From the NCBI GenBank assembly GCA_950097015.1, contig CATNEN010000010.1, positions 558,001-622,000 on the forward strand: a stretch of DNA of 64,000 bases, given 5' to 3'. The translations under genes were made by a program, and so were the position numbers. The stretch is from Macrostomum hystrix. Lineage: Eukaryota > Animalia > Platyhelminthes. Position 1 is the stretch's first letter, and each line of letters opens with the position of its first letter. Shown here piece by piece: positions 34,914 to 49,300 of the stretch. Below the pieces are notes generated by a model, which worked only from the letters and a program-made list of their open reading frames with translations, had not been told where the DNA came from and ran no database searches.

Positions 34914-35598
34914 TTGCAACGATTTTTGGAAACGGAGGCCTTCCTAAAATCGTTTCTGACTGATCAGCTTTTCGAAGACCTCAGCAGATGGACAAATTCG
35001 ATGCTTGGCAGACCTTTCAAGAGGCCGAACACATTGGATGCCGTGCCAAAGCGATACGAGGCAGAGCGGCATCAAATCTGTGTTTACACCGCAAGCAAGG
35101 CGGAGTGCGTCCAAGTCCATCGCACCCGTGCTCGAGGAGGTGCCATACAGGTGGTGCCAAAGCCAGTGCGCCTGCTTGCGTATTTTGCTAGCATGGGTGG
35201 CGTCGACCACATGGACGCATTGCTGCACCCGGCCTACATTGGCCCATCGCAAGAACCTTCGCTGTTTCCACAAGCTTGGATTTCACCTGCTTGCAGTGGT
35301 GCTTGTTCGAAATGCCTGGGTCACCTACTATAGGTCTGGCGGCACCAAGAAATTTCTACAGACTGGCAGTTGTGCTGCACCTGGCAGAGCAGTTGCCGGT
35401 GTCGGTGCAGTTCCTGGAGCTGCTGCTCATTCGCCAAGCAAAGCCCAAAGACAGAGGGATCAGGTTCGTTCGGCCTCGCAAGCGATGCCGGGTGTTGCTA
35501 TGCAACTGGTCAAGCGAAAAAGACTGTCTGTGAGGCCTGCCCTGGTTCTCCAGGACTCGACGCTTGTTTCACACACGGGCACGCCCAGTAACCATTAA
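34914..35598 (+). pseudogene. piggyBac-like transposase relic, internally deleted
   Basis: FLTDQLF..LSRWTN, KPVRLLAYFASMGGVDHMD, HKLGFHLL..NAWVTY and a Cys-rich tail (CRV..KKTVCEACPG.PGLDACF) spread over shifted frames; most of the DDD core is missing. Confidence 0.75.
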
Positions 35599-37342
35599 GT
35601 TGCAGACTAAATTCTTCGTCTTATAGGATTCGTTATGCCATCAGCTCATGTTTGTACTCAAATTAATTCTTTTTCATCCTGTTCATATCCTACATTCGTG
35701 TTTTAGTTGTCTAAATTTATGTCTATGAAGGCGGACATGATTTTCTCTACGTGAAATGTAGATTGAAGCTTTCATGTAAAGGTAATTAATGTTAATTAAG
35801 GTTGGGGCGGGTGCATGGTGGTGGCTTCTAAACCAGCGTGTAGGCCGCTTGCCAACAGCTCTGAAGAAAGACAGAAGGGAATGCGGCCTAGGGAAGCGGC
35901 TATTAAGTATTGCATTTTTTCACTAATACGAGTACTTTAGCTGAAGGCAAAAAAGCGAGACACGGCAGTCGCATGAAGAAGTCAGCAATTCAGGCGAGCC
36001 ATATGCAGCCCAGAGGAATAAGTCCTCGTACAATTGGGGAGGATATTTCTCCCTTAGAGGTAAAATCAATGTCATGATTTAAGACAGACTGCGCTGATGA
36101 GCAAACCGGTTTGCATGCTTGCTGAGTGCCTTAAGTAAAGACACGACGATAGAAGTGGTCAATTGAGTCCATTGTAGCCATGTCAAAGAAGCAGACGGAT
36201 GAGTTTGGGACGAAAACTGGTCTTTCGCGTCTTTCCATTTACTTTGTCTTCTGGCAAGTCAGTTCGCAATAACCCGGTCTTAGGTGAATGCAGATTTCTA
36301 ATTTAAATGGAACTGTGCCGCTGCGGTATAGTACACGATTTTCTCCCACAAAGAGCTATACAATAGCCTATAGTCTATGGCTAAACCTTACCGACGTGCA
36401 ATAGCTGTACAATTGGCTGTACAAATGGGCCAACTTAGCTAGGTATTAATTCTACCTGTTATTCTGTACCTGTATACCTGTTACTCGAAATACTACAGCC
36501 TTTAGCAAATGAAAACACTGTCTGGAGAGCCGTCAGTTAGGACTTGCGGCAGGGTGAGCACACTGGAGCTGAGCAGCGAGCTGCTCAATCTCTAAGGTGT
36601 TTAAGGTATTTAATCTTTGAATATTTCTAGCTGAAGTCTATTAGCAAATGGTGCATTTCACAGCTCGCCTCTCGCTCAGCGCAATACCCCAGCAGGTTTA
36701 TTATTATTTATAAGGACATTTCGGATAATTCTGCACTTTTATCACTAATATAATAGCTATAACAATTGGCTACAAACAGAGCATTAAATGGCCGGCCGGA
36801 ACTACTATGAGTAGGCAGCAATCGCGGCGCAGATGAGCATACTGAGTGGGAGTGCGGCAGATTTGTAGGGAAAAAGGGGAAAGCGCGGAATCAACATCCA
36901 ATTCAGGCATTCGATGAAGAGGGAGGCGCAGTAAAAAAGGCTACTGCTCAAAACAATGGGATAGGAAATAAAATCTAACAATCAGCGGGATAATAATAGG
37001 AGCGAGGCCGGGGAAGACTTCAGATATGGCTAGTAGAAAAATGACAAGACAAAAAATCAATTGCACACCTTTGCTAGAAAAATATAGGAAAAATTCGGAA
37101 AAAACTAAACATATAAAAAAAGAATTATGCGGCGACGACCGAATCAGAGGTCGGGAATAAATCGAGCTGCACAAAACAGCAGCAAATCCAATGGAACTCA
37201 ATCAGTAAATCAGCAGAAGGGGAGGCGGGGGCCAAATCAATAAATAGGAATTTGTTGCATTCAGCGGGCAGTACTGTGAGCGAGTTTGTTCCAGTCAGTG
37301 AGTAGTATATTGGCAGTAGTATCATTGGCAGTGGTAGCGCTG

Positions 37343-40300
37343 TCAGAACTGGGGCGGCATGCCGGCGCCGTAGAAGGCGCCCGGGTAGCCCATGCCAGGC
37401 GGCACCGGAGGCGGCATCATGGACTGGGCCGGGCCGGTCAGCATCAGCATCGGATTGGCTGCAAGGGAGCCGGCGCTTTACTTACCATCTCTGATTAAAT
37501 TTGCTGAGCAATTCTAGCTCGCATTTCTACTGACAGCAGTCTGATGAGCATTTTAACTGTGGGCAAAGTCTTTATCCTGCCGGTGTTCGGATAATTCGGA
37601 CCGACAGGATTCGTTTCAGTGCCCCAGATCCCAAGGGATCAGCTACAATCTAGGCTGACAGAAATCCTTCAGATCGCATTCAGGTGCCTTCGATCAACAG
37701 GTGAATGTTGAAAGATGCAACACAGAAAATGGCGATAGAAGTTTGGATGACAGCCAGGCAATCAATGGAGACAGAGTTTGCAGATAGAATTAGGCACCTA
37801 GCTTAGATATGGGATCAGACTTTTACCTGGCATCACAATGGGATCAGACACTCACCTTGCATCACAATGGGATCAGACACTCACCTGGCATCACAATGGG
37901 ATCAGACACTCACCTGGCATCACAATGGGATCAGACACTCACCTGGCATCACAATGGGATCCGACACTCACCTGGCATCACAATGGGATCAGACACTCAC
38001 CTGGCATCACAATGGGATCAGACACTCACCTGGCATCACAATGGGATCAGACACTCACCTGGCATCACAATGGGATCAGACACTCACCTGGCATCACAAT
38101 GGGATCAGACACTCACCTGGCATCACAATGGGATCAGACACTCACCTGGCATCACAATGGGATCAGACACTCACCTGGCATCACAATGGGATCAGACACT
38201 CACTTGGCGTCACAATGGGATCAGACACTCACTTGGCGTCACAATGGGATCAGACACTCACTTGGCGTCACAATGGGATCCGACACTCACCTGGCATCAC
38301 AATGGGATCCGACACTCACCTGGCATCACAATGGGATCCGACACTCACTTGGCGTCACAATGGGATCCGACACTCACCTGGCATCACAATGGGATCACAC
38401 ACTCACCTGGCATCACAATGGGATCAGACACTCACCTGGCATCACAATGGGATCACACACTCACCTGGCATCACAATGGGATCAGACACTCACCTGGCAT
38501 CACAATGGGATCAGACACTCACCTGGCATCACAATGGGACTAGGCTCTGCCACGGCCTGCTCATCCTGCTCAGCGCGCACCGCCTCGGCCTGCTCAAGCT
38601 TGTCAAGGCGGTTCTGGGTCTCAGCCATGACCTGGATGAGGAATGGCATGGCGAAGTCGATGAGGCCGTAGCGCCAGGCCAGCTCCATGACGCGGTCGGG
38701 TTTGAGCAGGTCGTAGCACTGGTACAGACAGGCTGCGAAGCACTGCGGCAGGCGCTCATCAACAAACCACTGCAGCAAGGCGGAGGCCAGCTCGGGGTCC
38801 TTGGAGTCGGAGGCGAACTGCATGGCGTCCTTGTACAGGCGGTCGCGCTTGCACAGCTCCACGCTCTGGCCGAACCGGTTGTTGCTCTTGTACAGCAGCG
38901 CAGCGATGCGGCGGAACTCCAACAGCTCGTGCTTCTCGCACTTCTGCGCCAGGCCGATGTTATCAAAGTTGCTGAACGCATCGATTGAGGCGCGCAGACT
39001 CTGGAAGTCCTCCTCCTGGATGTACAGCGAGTTCAGGGCCTCATTCACCTGCTTGTTATTCACCTGCTGAACCTGCTTGAGGTAGGGCTTCACCATGGCC
39101 AGCTTGCCCTCCTTGGTGAAGTAGCTGACGGTGCGCGTGTGGTCCAGGCGGGGAATCATCACCTGCGGGATGGGATAATTTGGGATCTCCAACAAATTTT
39201 GTTCAGTGGGGCTTAAAGGACAAAGCTACAGTTCAGAGAACATGTTCAGCTCACCTGCAGCAGATCGTTAAGCAGCATAGGCTTGTACTCCAGGTAGAAC
39301 TTCACGGCCCGATAGTAGAGCTCTACATTGGCCACCTTGCCGATCATGTCCTTGAAGAATGCCTCTCGCCAGGCCTCTGTGGGGTGCTGCATCATGGCGA
39401 TGACGGCATTGTCAAACTCCTCGTACTTGTCATAGAGGAACACCAGCTCGGACCACAGGTGGGCCTGCTCAGCCGCCCGCAGCACTTTCGGTATGTTGAT
39501 GCGGGACCAGAACAGCTCCAGGTGCTCGCGCAGCCTGGCTGGCCGGTGCCTGCTGTACAGCACGGCCAGCTCCGTGAACAGCCCCATGTGAGCACGGTCC
39601 AGGCCCAGTCCAGCCTCCAGCAGCGACATCAGCTCATCAAACAGGCCACGGGTGGAGTAGAAGTTCAGCAGCTCCTCCAACTCATCGGCGTGGATGATGA
39701 TGTTCAGGCCGCACACCTGGGCTAAGCGACTCTCGCCAGCTTCCAGGCAGGAGAAGCACACCTGGGTGGGTTGAGGGCGGCGATGGCAGTCTAGATTCGG
39801 GATGTCTGTCAGGGGTGTCTGCAAACCTGTTTGTCAGGGGTGTCTGTTTACCTGTTGATATTGGGAGTCTGTCTACCTGTTGATATTGGGTGTCTGTCTA
39901 CCTGTTGATATTGGGTGTCTGTCTACCTGTTGATATTGGGAGTCTGTCTACCTGTTGATATTGGGAGTCTGTCTACCTGTTGATATTGGGAGTCTGTCTA
40001 CCTGTTTATATTGGGTGTCTGTCTACCTGTTTATATTGGGTGTCTGTCTACCTGTTTATATTGGGAGTCTGTCTACCTGTTTATATTGGGAGTCTGTCTA
40101 CCTGTTGATATTGGGTGTCTGTCTACCTGTTAATATTGGGTGTCTGTCTACCTGTTTATATTGGGTGTCTGTCTACCTGTTGATATTGGGTGTCTGTCTA
40201 CCTGTTGATATTGGGTGTCTGTCTACTGTTGATATTGGGTGTCTGTCTACCTGTTGATATTGGGTGTCTGTCTACCTGTTGATATTGGGTGTCTGTCTAC

Positions 40301-43300
40301 CTGTTGATATTGGGTGTCTGTCTACCTGTTGATATTGGGAGTCTGTCTACCTGTTTGTATTGGGAGTCTGTCTACCTGTTGACCCTAACAGGGTGCGTTT
40401 AAAGCGAAATGAATGCACAAAAAGTCTGTTGATGCCGATTTGATCCTGCCACTGTCAAGTTATTTAACCAGAGCGGCAGGTTTGATTTACGGCAGCTGCT
40501 TGACCTGCTCTGGGTTTCGAGAAATTCTTTAAGCCGCAATTTGAAGCCGAGTCAGTCAGTAGCCTGACTGCCAGCTAGCGGCTCAAGTTTGGATAGAAAC
40601 CCGACGGCATTAGTGACCTGAAATCTACAGCATCTATCTACTGAGGCTGTAATCTACCACATCTATCTACTGAGGCTGTGATCTACCACATCTATCTACT
40701 GAGGCTGTGATCTACCACATCTATCTACTGAGGCTGTAATCTACAACATCTATCTACTGATGCTGTAATCTACAACATCTATCTACTGAGGCTGTAATCT
40801 ACAACATCTATCTACTGATACTGTAATCTACAACATCTATCTACTGAGGCTGTGATCTACCACATCTATCTACTGAGGCTGTAATCTACCACATCTATCT
40901 ACTGAGGCTGTAATCTACAACATATATATACTGATACTGTAATCTACAACATCTATCTACTGAGGCTGTAATCTACCACATCTATCTACTGAGGCTGTAA
41001 TCTACAACATATATATAGTGATGCTGTAATCTACAACATCTATCTACTGAGGCTCACCTCCTTCCAGGTCCTGGTCGAGTTGGCCTTCCTGGCAGACTCC
41101 ACAGCGCTCTGGAACTCGCCCAGCTTGACCAGGGTGATGGCCAGACGGGCATAGTTGGACACATTGCTGTACAGCACTTTGGCCGCCTCGTACATCTGCT
41201 GGTCGAAGCAGCGGTCGGCCACATCGGCAATCTTGGCGTGGTTGGGAGAGTTTATGTACTCCTCCAAGTCGGCCAGGCGACCGGTCTTGGCGTAGGCGAA
41301 CACCAGCTCGGTCTCAACGAACGGCTCCTTGGCCTTCTTGCGGGCCATCTGCAGGAAGCGGACCAGGTCCTCCCAGTGCTGCGTCTCGCCGGCAACGCGA
41401 ACGACCTGCAAAGTCAAATCCGATCCCGAAGTTTTTGGAAAACAGGTGGCATATTTTCTGCTCATTTGTGACACAAAATTTCCTAAAGTCTTTCAGAGTC
41501 CCAGATATCCCAAGCCTTTGAGAGCCCCATTTATCCGGAGTGCTTGAAAGCCCTAATTATCCAAAAGTACTTCAGAGCCCCAGTTATCCCCAGTGCTTGA
41601 GACTCCAGTTATCCCCAGTGCTTGAAAGCCCTAATTATCCAAAAGTACTTCAGAGCGCCATTTATCCCCAGCTTTTTAGAGCCCCAGTTATCCCTAGTGC
41701 TTGAGAGCCCCCAGTTATCCCCAGCCCCTGAGAGTCCCAGTTATCCCCAGCCCCTGAGAGTCCCATTTATCCCCAGCCCCTGAGAGTCCCATTTATCCCC
41801 AGCCCCTGAGAGTTCCATTTATCTCCAGCCCCTGAGAGTTCCAGTTATCCCCAGCCCCTGAGAGTCCCATTTATCCCCAGCCCCTGAGAGTTCCATTTAT
41901 CTCCAGCCCCTGAGAGTTCCAGTTATCCCCAGCCCCTGAGAGCCTGATTTATCCGCAGCCCCTGAGAGCCTGAGTTATCCCCAGCCCCTGAGAGCCTGAG
42001 TTATCCCCAGCCCCTGAGAGCCTGAGTTATCCCCAGCCCCTGAGAGCCTGAGTTTTCCCCAGCCCCTAAGAGCCTGAGTTATCCCCAGCCCCTGAGAGCC
42101 TGAGTTATCCCCAGCCCTTGAGAGTTCCATTTATCCCCAGCCCCTGAGAGCCTGAGTTGTCCCCAGCCCTTGAGAGTTCCATTTATCCCCAGCCCCTGAG
42201 AGCCTGAGTTATCCCCAGCCCCTGAGAGCCTGAGTTATCCCCAGCCCCTGAGAGCCTGAGTTATCCCCACTTTAAAATCCAACAGCAGCCGCTCCCACCT
42301 CAACATAGCAGCTGGGATCGTTGGCCTTGATGAAGCTGTCGATGGCCTCCTTGACGAAGCTTTCGGCAAGCTGAGCGTTGGCCAGCAGGGACCAGACAGC
42401 GGGCTCGTTGCACTTCTCGGCGAATTCGTAGGCGCGGTCCAGGCTGCGCACATTTTCAATGAGCACCCGGATGGCATTCTCGTTGGCGTCGAATTTCTTG
42501 TACACGGTGAACGCCTCCTCGAATAGGCCGTTGGAGACGGCGATCTGGGCGATCTCTGGAGCGTCGAAGTTATCCAGCTTGGTAACGTAGTCCATCACGC
42601 GACTGCTGTCGGCCTTCACGGCCGTCAGGATGAGCAGGTTCTGCAGGTTGCGGTGATCTGAGAACACCGTGTTGTCCAGGACGATCTTCTCCAACAGCTC
42701 CAGCAGCTCACTGGGCAGGTCGGCAGCCATGAAGGCTTTGACGGCAGCGGAGATCTCGTCGGCGTCGCTGGTCTCCGAGAGGGCGGTCTGCACCACCTGC
42801 GAGTCATGGCGGGAGGGTTGGCACTGGTCACATTGGAGAGAGGGACTCAAGAGTGACGAAGGACAGGCTGGTTGGTATGGGGAAGTGGCATGCAATAGAG
42901 GTAGGAGACAGGTAGGATAGACACACAGGTAGGATAGACACACAGATAGGATAGACACACAGATAGGATAGACACACAGATAGGATAGACACACAGATAG
43001 GATAGACACACAGATAGGATAGACACACAGATAGGATAGACACACAGATAGGATAGACACAGGTAGGATAGACACACAGATAGGATAGACACACAGATAG
43101 GATAGACACACAGGTAGGATAGAGACACTAGAATAAAATATATTAGCGGGATAGGGAAACGAGAGATACCGATTGAGAAACCGGTGAAATTAAGAAACTG
43201 GTAGGATTGAGAAACCGGTGAGATTGAGAAACCGGTGAGATAGAGACACTGGTCGTGTGGAACAGTGTTACGTGTGTAAATGTGTCACAGGTGACAGAAG

Positions 43301-46300
43301 ATGCAATATTCAAATAAAAAATCATTTAAGCAAACAACACGAGGTCATGAGAGTAAGCCAGCTGGCCTCACCTGGTCAATGAGCTGTCGCCGGTAGGGAT
43401 TTTCCAGATCCAGCACCCTGGCCCACAGGGTCTCGTCTCGCCGGCGCACCAGGTACCTGGCCTGGGACTTAAACAGCGAGTTCTCGTTGCACACCAGGAT
43501 CAGCTCGTCGTCGCACTGGCCTCGCTCGTAGGCCACGCAGGCCAGGTGGGGATCCCGCTTCTCTGTGTACCTTGGGGGGCGAAGGCGGGAGACGTTTTTC
43601 AGTTAAGCTTCTAGATCACTACTAGAAAGCTACTTTAAGTAGTCACAATCGAATGTCCCCCTAGTCAACAACTAAAAATCATTCCTCACCTATTCGTTGC
43701 AACTCTTTCAAAAGCACTACACACTACTGATGAGTTTTCCAAAAAGTAGTATATGCCGAACTCACTTTCCGATGACCTTGGAGTCGTAGAACTTGTTCTC
43801 CCGCAGGAAGCGCTCCGGATTGTTGTTGGCATCGATGTAGATCTTGGCCAGGGCGTTGTGCGTGGCCGGCTCCTGCGAGCCGTCGTGCACGCGAGCCTCC
43901 AGCCAGGGCAGCAGCAGCTTCAGGCGGTTGCGCTTCTCAACCTCGGCCACCAGCTCGTCGGTGTCGAATTGGCCGCGGACCACCAGGATTAGCTGCTTCA
44001 CTACATCGTCGGCGCAGTCAACGTCCAGGAGGCCGCCGACAACAGCCGGCAGGCGGCTAGGGTTTACCTGAACATAATTGGCACATTTGTGGAATATTGA
44101 ACAAAATATATTTAGGAGCAGAACTCTAGCTACACTACTGAGACTGATTTCTCAGTAGGTAAATGCGAGTTTTTGCAGTTGTATAAACACTACAAATCAG
44201 GCAGTTAAACTCGGCTTTGGGGCAGTAAAGATTTTTTGGGTCTGAGATCTTGCACACATCCTTGAAGTAACAAGCGGTTCCAACACGTACAATCATGTGT
44301 TCCGCGCCGATTGCCTGTGAAGACAACTGTTCGAGCAATTCCGAGCTCGAGCACGCATGGTTCTAAACTCGGAACTGGTAGTGGCAGAATACGATCATTA
44401 AGCTGATGGATTCATTTCAGACCGAAAACTTTCCTTGTCTCTCGTTGATTCGGTAATTTAGCACAAAGGATGTGTAGCATAGCCTTAATTTTTTTGCTTT
44501 ACTTCTTCAGTAAAGAAAGCTTTGTAAAAAAGGTTTCTGTTAAAGAAAAAAACGAAACGAAAAATGGTGTCAAACTTAGTAAAGACCGAGCGGCCTGTGA
44601 GTTGCATTAGCTGTCTGCTCTATCTGACTGCCTGCATAACTGCGTAGCTGCCGCCACCCAGCACTGCATAATGCATGAACTGCACTCCACTGAGTGAGCG
44701 AGAGATCCGGGCCCGCAGATAAGGCTGGGCCAGGCCTGAGCCTTGGATTTCAAATTCGCTTTCGAATTTCACTTTTCTCTCTGGCCTGCCCGGTACCCCC
44801 TCCCTCCCTGCTGTCTCAATTTCACGGCTTAGCGGGGCCGCAGGGGGCCAATATCGCTGGCCTTATCAGCCGAGATCTCAGATTGCAGCAGCCTAGCCTG
44901 CGCTGTACGCGCAGTCACTCGCGCCGAATTCTTCTAGCAGCAGCAATTGCTGAATTGGCAAAGCCAGTAGCAACGGCACTGCGAATTCAGCCTGTGTCCA
45001 GTGACCCGGTGCCCGGCACATTTTTCTGTTGCTCACTCCCCGAGCCACAATTTTCCGTTGCAGTTTAAGAAATGAAATATAAATTTAACTCTGAACACTC
45101 ACGATAATAAAATTAAGGACAGCGATTTCTGGGGGTTTGTCGTGCAATTTACGTCCATTAGGTACAATCTCCAAGGCACAGTGAGAGTGTACACTGCCTG
45201 ATGATGGGAAAGTCAGGGTAGATGTAGATCCCCATGTGAGTATATGCCAGCATACGGTCTCTGTGTGCGTGTGCTTGCTTAGGAGTCAGCGGAATGGGCA
45301 GCATCTCGCTGGCTGCGGGTCTAGTGTCACCAAATGATGGCCAGTGCCCACAGCCCTCACACTAATATTAATAATGACTTAAGGCCAGCGCACCTTCTGC
45401 ACGTAGATCTCGATGTACTTCTGCAGGTTGTTGCGGTACAGATAGAGCACCAGGTCGTGCACAAAGTTGTGCCGATCGCAGACAATGATGAGAGGCAGCT
45501 GGTCAGTCAGCTTGGCCTCCTTCAGGAAGTTCTTCACCCGCTCCGGCTCGTAGACGCTGGACTCGCGCACAATGCGCTCGACCTCCTTGAACTGGGAGGT
45601 CTTGCAGGCGGCCTGGATGTACTTGAAGTGCACCTCCGGATCCTGGCTGAAGTTCACGATGCTGCCAAGGAAGTAGAACAGACCCTCGAAGCTCTTGAAC
45701 TGCTCGAAGATTTCTATCAGCGCGGTGGCGCCCAGCTGCTCATGGTACTTGGAGGCGATTTGAACGCACACCTGGAGTGCGTGGGCGGGTGGGGTTACAA
45801 TCTGAGGTTAAGGATCTGGGAGCATGGAGCTCCAGTCTGAGGATCTGGGAGCATGGAGTTCCAGTCTGAGGATCTGGGAGCATGGAGTTCCAGTCTGAGG
45901 ATCTGGGAGCATGGAGCTCCAGTCTGAGGATCTGGGAGCATGGAGCTCCAGTCTGAGGATCTGGGAGCATGGAGCTCCAGTCTGAGGATCTGGGAGCATG
46001 GAGCTCCAGTCTGAGGATCTGGGAGCATGGAGCTCCAGTCTGAGGATCTGGGAGCATGGAGTTCCAGTCTGAGGATCTGGGAGCATGGAGCTCCAGTCTG
46101 AGGATCTGGGAGCATGGAGCTCCAGTCTGAGGATCTTGGAGCATGGAACTCTAGACTGAGGATCTGGGAGCATGGAATTTCAGTATGATAATCTTGGAGC
46201 ATGGTACTTAAGTCTGGAGATCTGGGAGCATGGAATTCCAGTCTGAGGATCTGGGATAGAAATGGTAAAATGCTAGCTGTAACGCAGCAACGATGCGGAA

Positions 46301-49300
46301 TGCCACGCACCTGCAGGTTCTGTCTGATGTTGGCCTGCAGCATAGCCCGCAGGCACTCCAGCGAGTCTTCCACGCTGAGATTGCCAAAGTAGTTGACCAG
46401 CCACTCCGGGTTGAGCATGTGGGTGTGTACAACGGCCCGCTTGATGTCGTACAGGTCGGTGTAGTGCTCCAGGGCCCGCTGCAGCAGGCCGGCCTTCTCG
46501 CACAGGCTGGCAATATGCGCCTTGTCGTAGTGTGAGAACATCTGGTTGCCAAGGATTGCGTCAGCCACCTGCGGCGCCGACATCAGGTTCATCTCCAGCA
46601 GGCGGGTCTGCAGGTGGCCCTCACTCTCCCGATTGTTCTTCAACGCGTCCAACAGGAAGCTGGTGCACTGCTGCACCAGGTTTTGCTCCAGGAATACGTC
46701 CACGATCTGAGCGGATTCGGTTTATTCAGCCTTGATCACCTTACTCATGCGAAAACAATTGCATCTTAATCATTGTAACTAAATTTCTGTGAGGAGTCCC
46801 TAACTTGTCAGTTAATATTACACTTCTCTGTGAGTTGTGATCTTATGTCAGTCAGTTAGCTGTGATCCCATGTCAGTCAGCTGTGATCCCATGTCAGTCA
46901 GTTGTGATCCCATGTCAGTCAGTTGTGATCCCATGTCAGTCAGTTGTGATCCCATGTCAGTCAGCTGTGATCCCATGTCAGTCAGCTGTGATCCCATGTC
47001 AGTCAGTTGTGATCCAATGTCAGTCAGCTGTGATCCCATGTCAGTCAGCTGTGATCCCATGTCAGTCAGCTGTGATCCCATGTCAGTCAGCTGTGATCCC
47101 ATGTCAGTCAGTTGTGATCCCATGTCATTCAGTTGTGATCCAATGTCAGTCAGCTGTGATCCCATGTCAGTCAGCTGTGATCCCATGTCAGTCAGTTGTG
47201 ATCCCATGTCAGTCAGTTGTGATCCCATGTCAGTCAGTTGTGATCCCATGTCAGTCAGCTGTGATCCCATGTCAGTCAGTTGTGATCCCATGTCAGTCAG
47301 CTGTGATCCCATGTCAGTCAGCTGTGATCCCATGTCAGTCAGTTGTGATCCCATGTCAGTCAGCTGTGATCCCATATATGACAATCTGTAATCCCCTAAA
47401 CGTGCCCAGAAGCAGCCAATCCTGACCTGGTTGATATCGGCCAGTGGCTCGTCGTCCTGCACCAGCATCTGGGCGAACTGCAGCCCCTGGTCGTGACTGA
47501 TCCGCATGAGGTTCCTGAGCAGGAACACATAGTCAGGCGTGTAGCCGACCTTCTTGGCGTACAGCACAATCTTCTGGAACTGGCCGGTCTCGGCGAAGCA
47601 CTGGATGACCTTGTGCGGCGCGCTGGCCCTCAGGTAGACGCTGAGCGCCAGGGTGGGATCGTGAATCTTGACGAGATCGCCCAGCTCCTCGGAGCACTCC
47701 AGTTTGTCCTCCTTCAGCCACTTCTCCACCACCTGCTTGCGGCCCTGCTGCAGCACTGGGCGGCAGAGCTCCAGACTTTCGTAGCGATTCAGCTGGCCCT
47801 GGTCCAGCAGGGTGGTGAAGTACTGCAGCAGCGGTGCGGGGCTGCCAGGCTGCACGGGCACCTGCTGGAAGCGCTGAATTGTCTGCGGCGTGCGCAGGAT
47901 GCCCTTGGGCGCGTTGGCCGCCACCCTGGCCGCCTCGGTGTAGTTGCCCTGCTGGAACAGCGAGTTGAACTTGCGTAGAAACAGATCGTCGGCGCCGGGA
48001 AGGCCGACTCGGCTGGCCAGCTTGAGGGCCAGGTCCGGGTTCTGCAGGTTGCCGGTCACGTAGCCTGGGGGGGCGGTGCGCGATGGGGTAAAGATTCTGT
48101 TCTAATGAGCATGGCAAATGGACACGCGCAGTTGGAGATTGAACTCACCAACGACCGTGTCCTCATCCAGGCACACGCTGAGCACCTGGCCCTTCCTATT
48201 GACCCCCATGATGCCGCCTGTGGCATCGTGCGGCACGCTGACAAAGATGGTCTCGCTGCTGATGCGGTTCATGTACAGACAGGTGGCAGTGTCCAGGTCG
48301 TACAGGTGGATGTAGCCGTATTTGGTCACCAGGTAGGCGATGCCGTGCTTGGAGGAGGCCTGCAGAGCCACAGGGAAGTCTGAGGCGGCCTCGGGTGGGA
48401 AAAACAGATCCACCTGCTTTTTTGGATAAGGCTGGTTGCCTAGGGACGGAAACATAAGGAAAAATAGTTGTCATCGGATTTATGCTTCAAAAAGTACGAA
48501 AAGATTTAAATAACAGTGAGACAAATGCTGACCGAATATACGAAATACTGATAACTATTGTGAAATAAAGACTGGCGGAATAAAACTGATAAGTAGCGGG
48601 ATCAAGACTAGTCAAGTAGGTGGGATAAAGACTGATCAAACACTGGGACAAAGACTGGTAAAAACACAAACCAGACTGCGGCTGTCCCAGCTCGATGATG
48701 TGCAGCTTGGCTGCCTGGAGGCCCCTATTGGCGAAGCAGAACAGGCTGGAGGACTGCGAGTTGCCGTCCATGCGGAAGTCAACAAACACGCCGGCGTGGC
48801 CTTCGATTGGCTGGGAGACGCGGCGCTCGACAGAGTAGAGCTGCATGGCGCCGGCCACTCGGCCGCCCTGGGCGCTGATGCCAACCAGCAGGGACCACTT
48901 CTGAGAGCTGTCGCACCGGTAGTTGATCACCTGACAGCCGGTCATGGATGCATGCCTGGAAAGCCAGGTGTGAGTTTGGCTAATTAGTTTCTGTCGGCCT
49001 GATTGAGGAATCAACTGAGAATGCTACCTGTCCAGTATCTTCGTGGGTCCCTGGTCACCCTCTAGACTCCAGTGATAGACGGCGCCCTCAGTCACCATAC
49101 CGATGGTGTTGACGGTGATCCAGCGCCAGAATAGTACATCCTCCGGCATGTTGTGCGACTTCATCTTTGACTTCAGCTCCAGGTTGAATATCTGCAGATT
49201 GCGGCCGGCCTTCAGGGCGATGACCTTGCTCACAGGGTTCATGATGGCGCTGTCGGCTGAGATTGGCCGCCTGGTTGGGTTCTTGTGATCCTGCAAGTCC

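Noticed and set aside
34700-35810. TTAA-bounded piggyBac TIRs
   Set aside because: The best candidate pair matches only TTAACAT.
37808-38537. 29-31 bp direct-repeat arrays as CRISPR
   Set aside because: Units are head-to-tail with no unique spacers, in eukaryotic introns, and no cas genes are present.
37809-38988. Long ORFs through minisatellites (also 42272-43111, 45740-46173, 46837-47425, 19233-19535)
   Set aside because: Artefacts of stop-free repeat units; they lie in introns or antisense to real genes.
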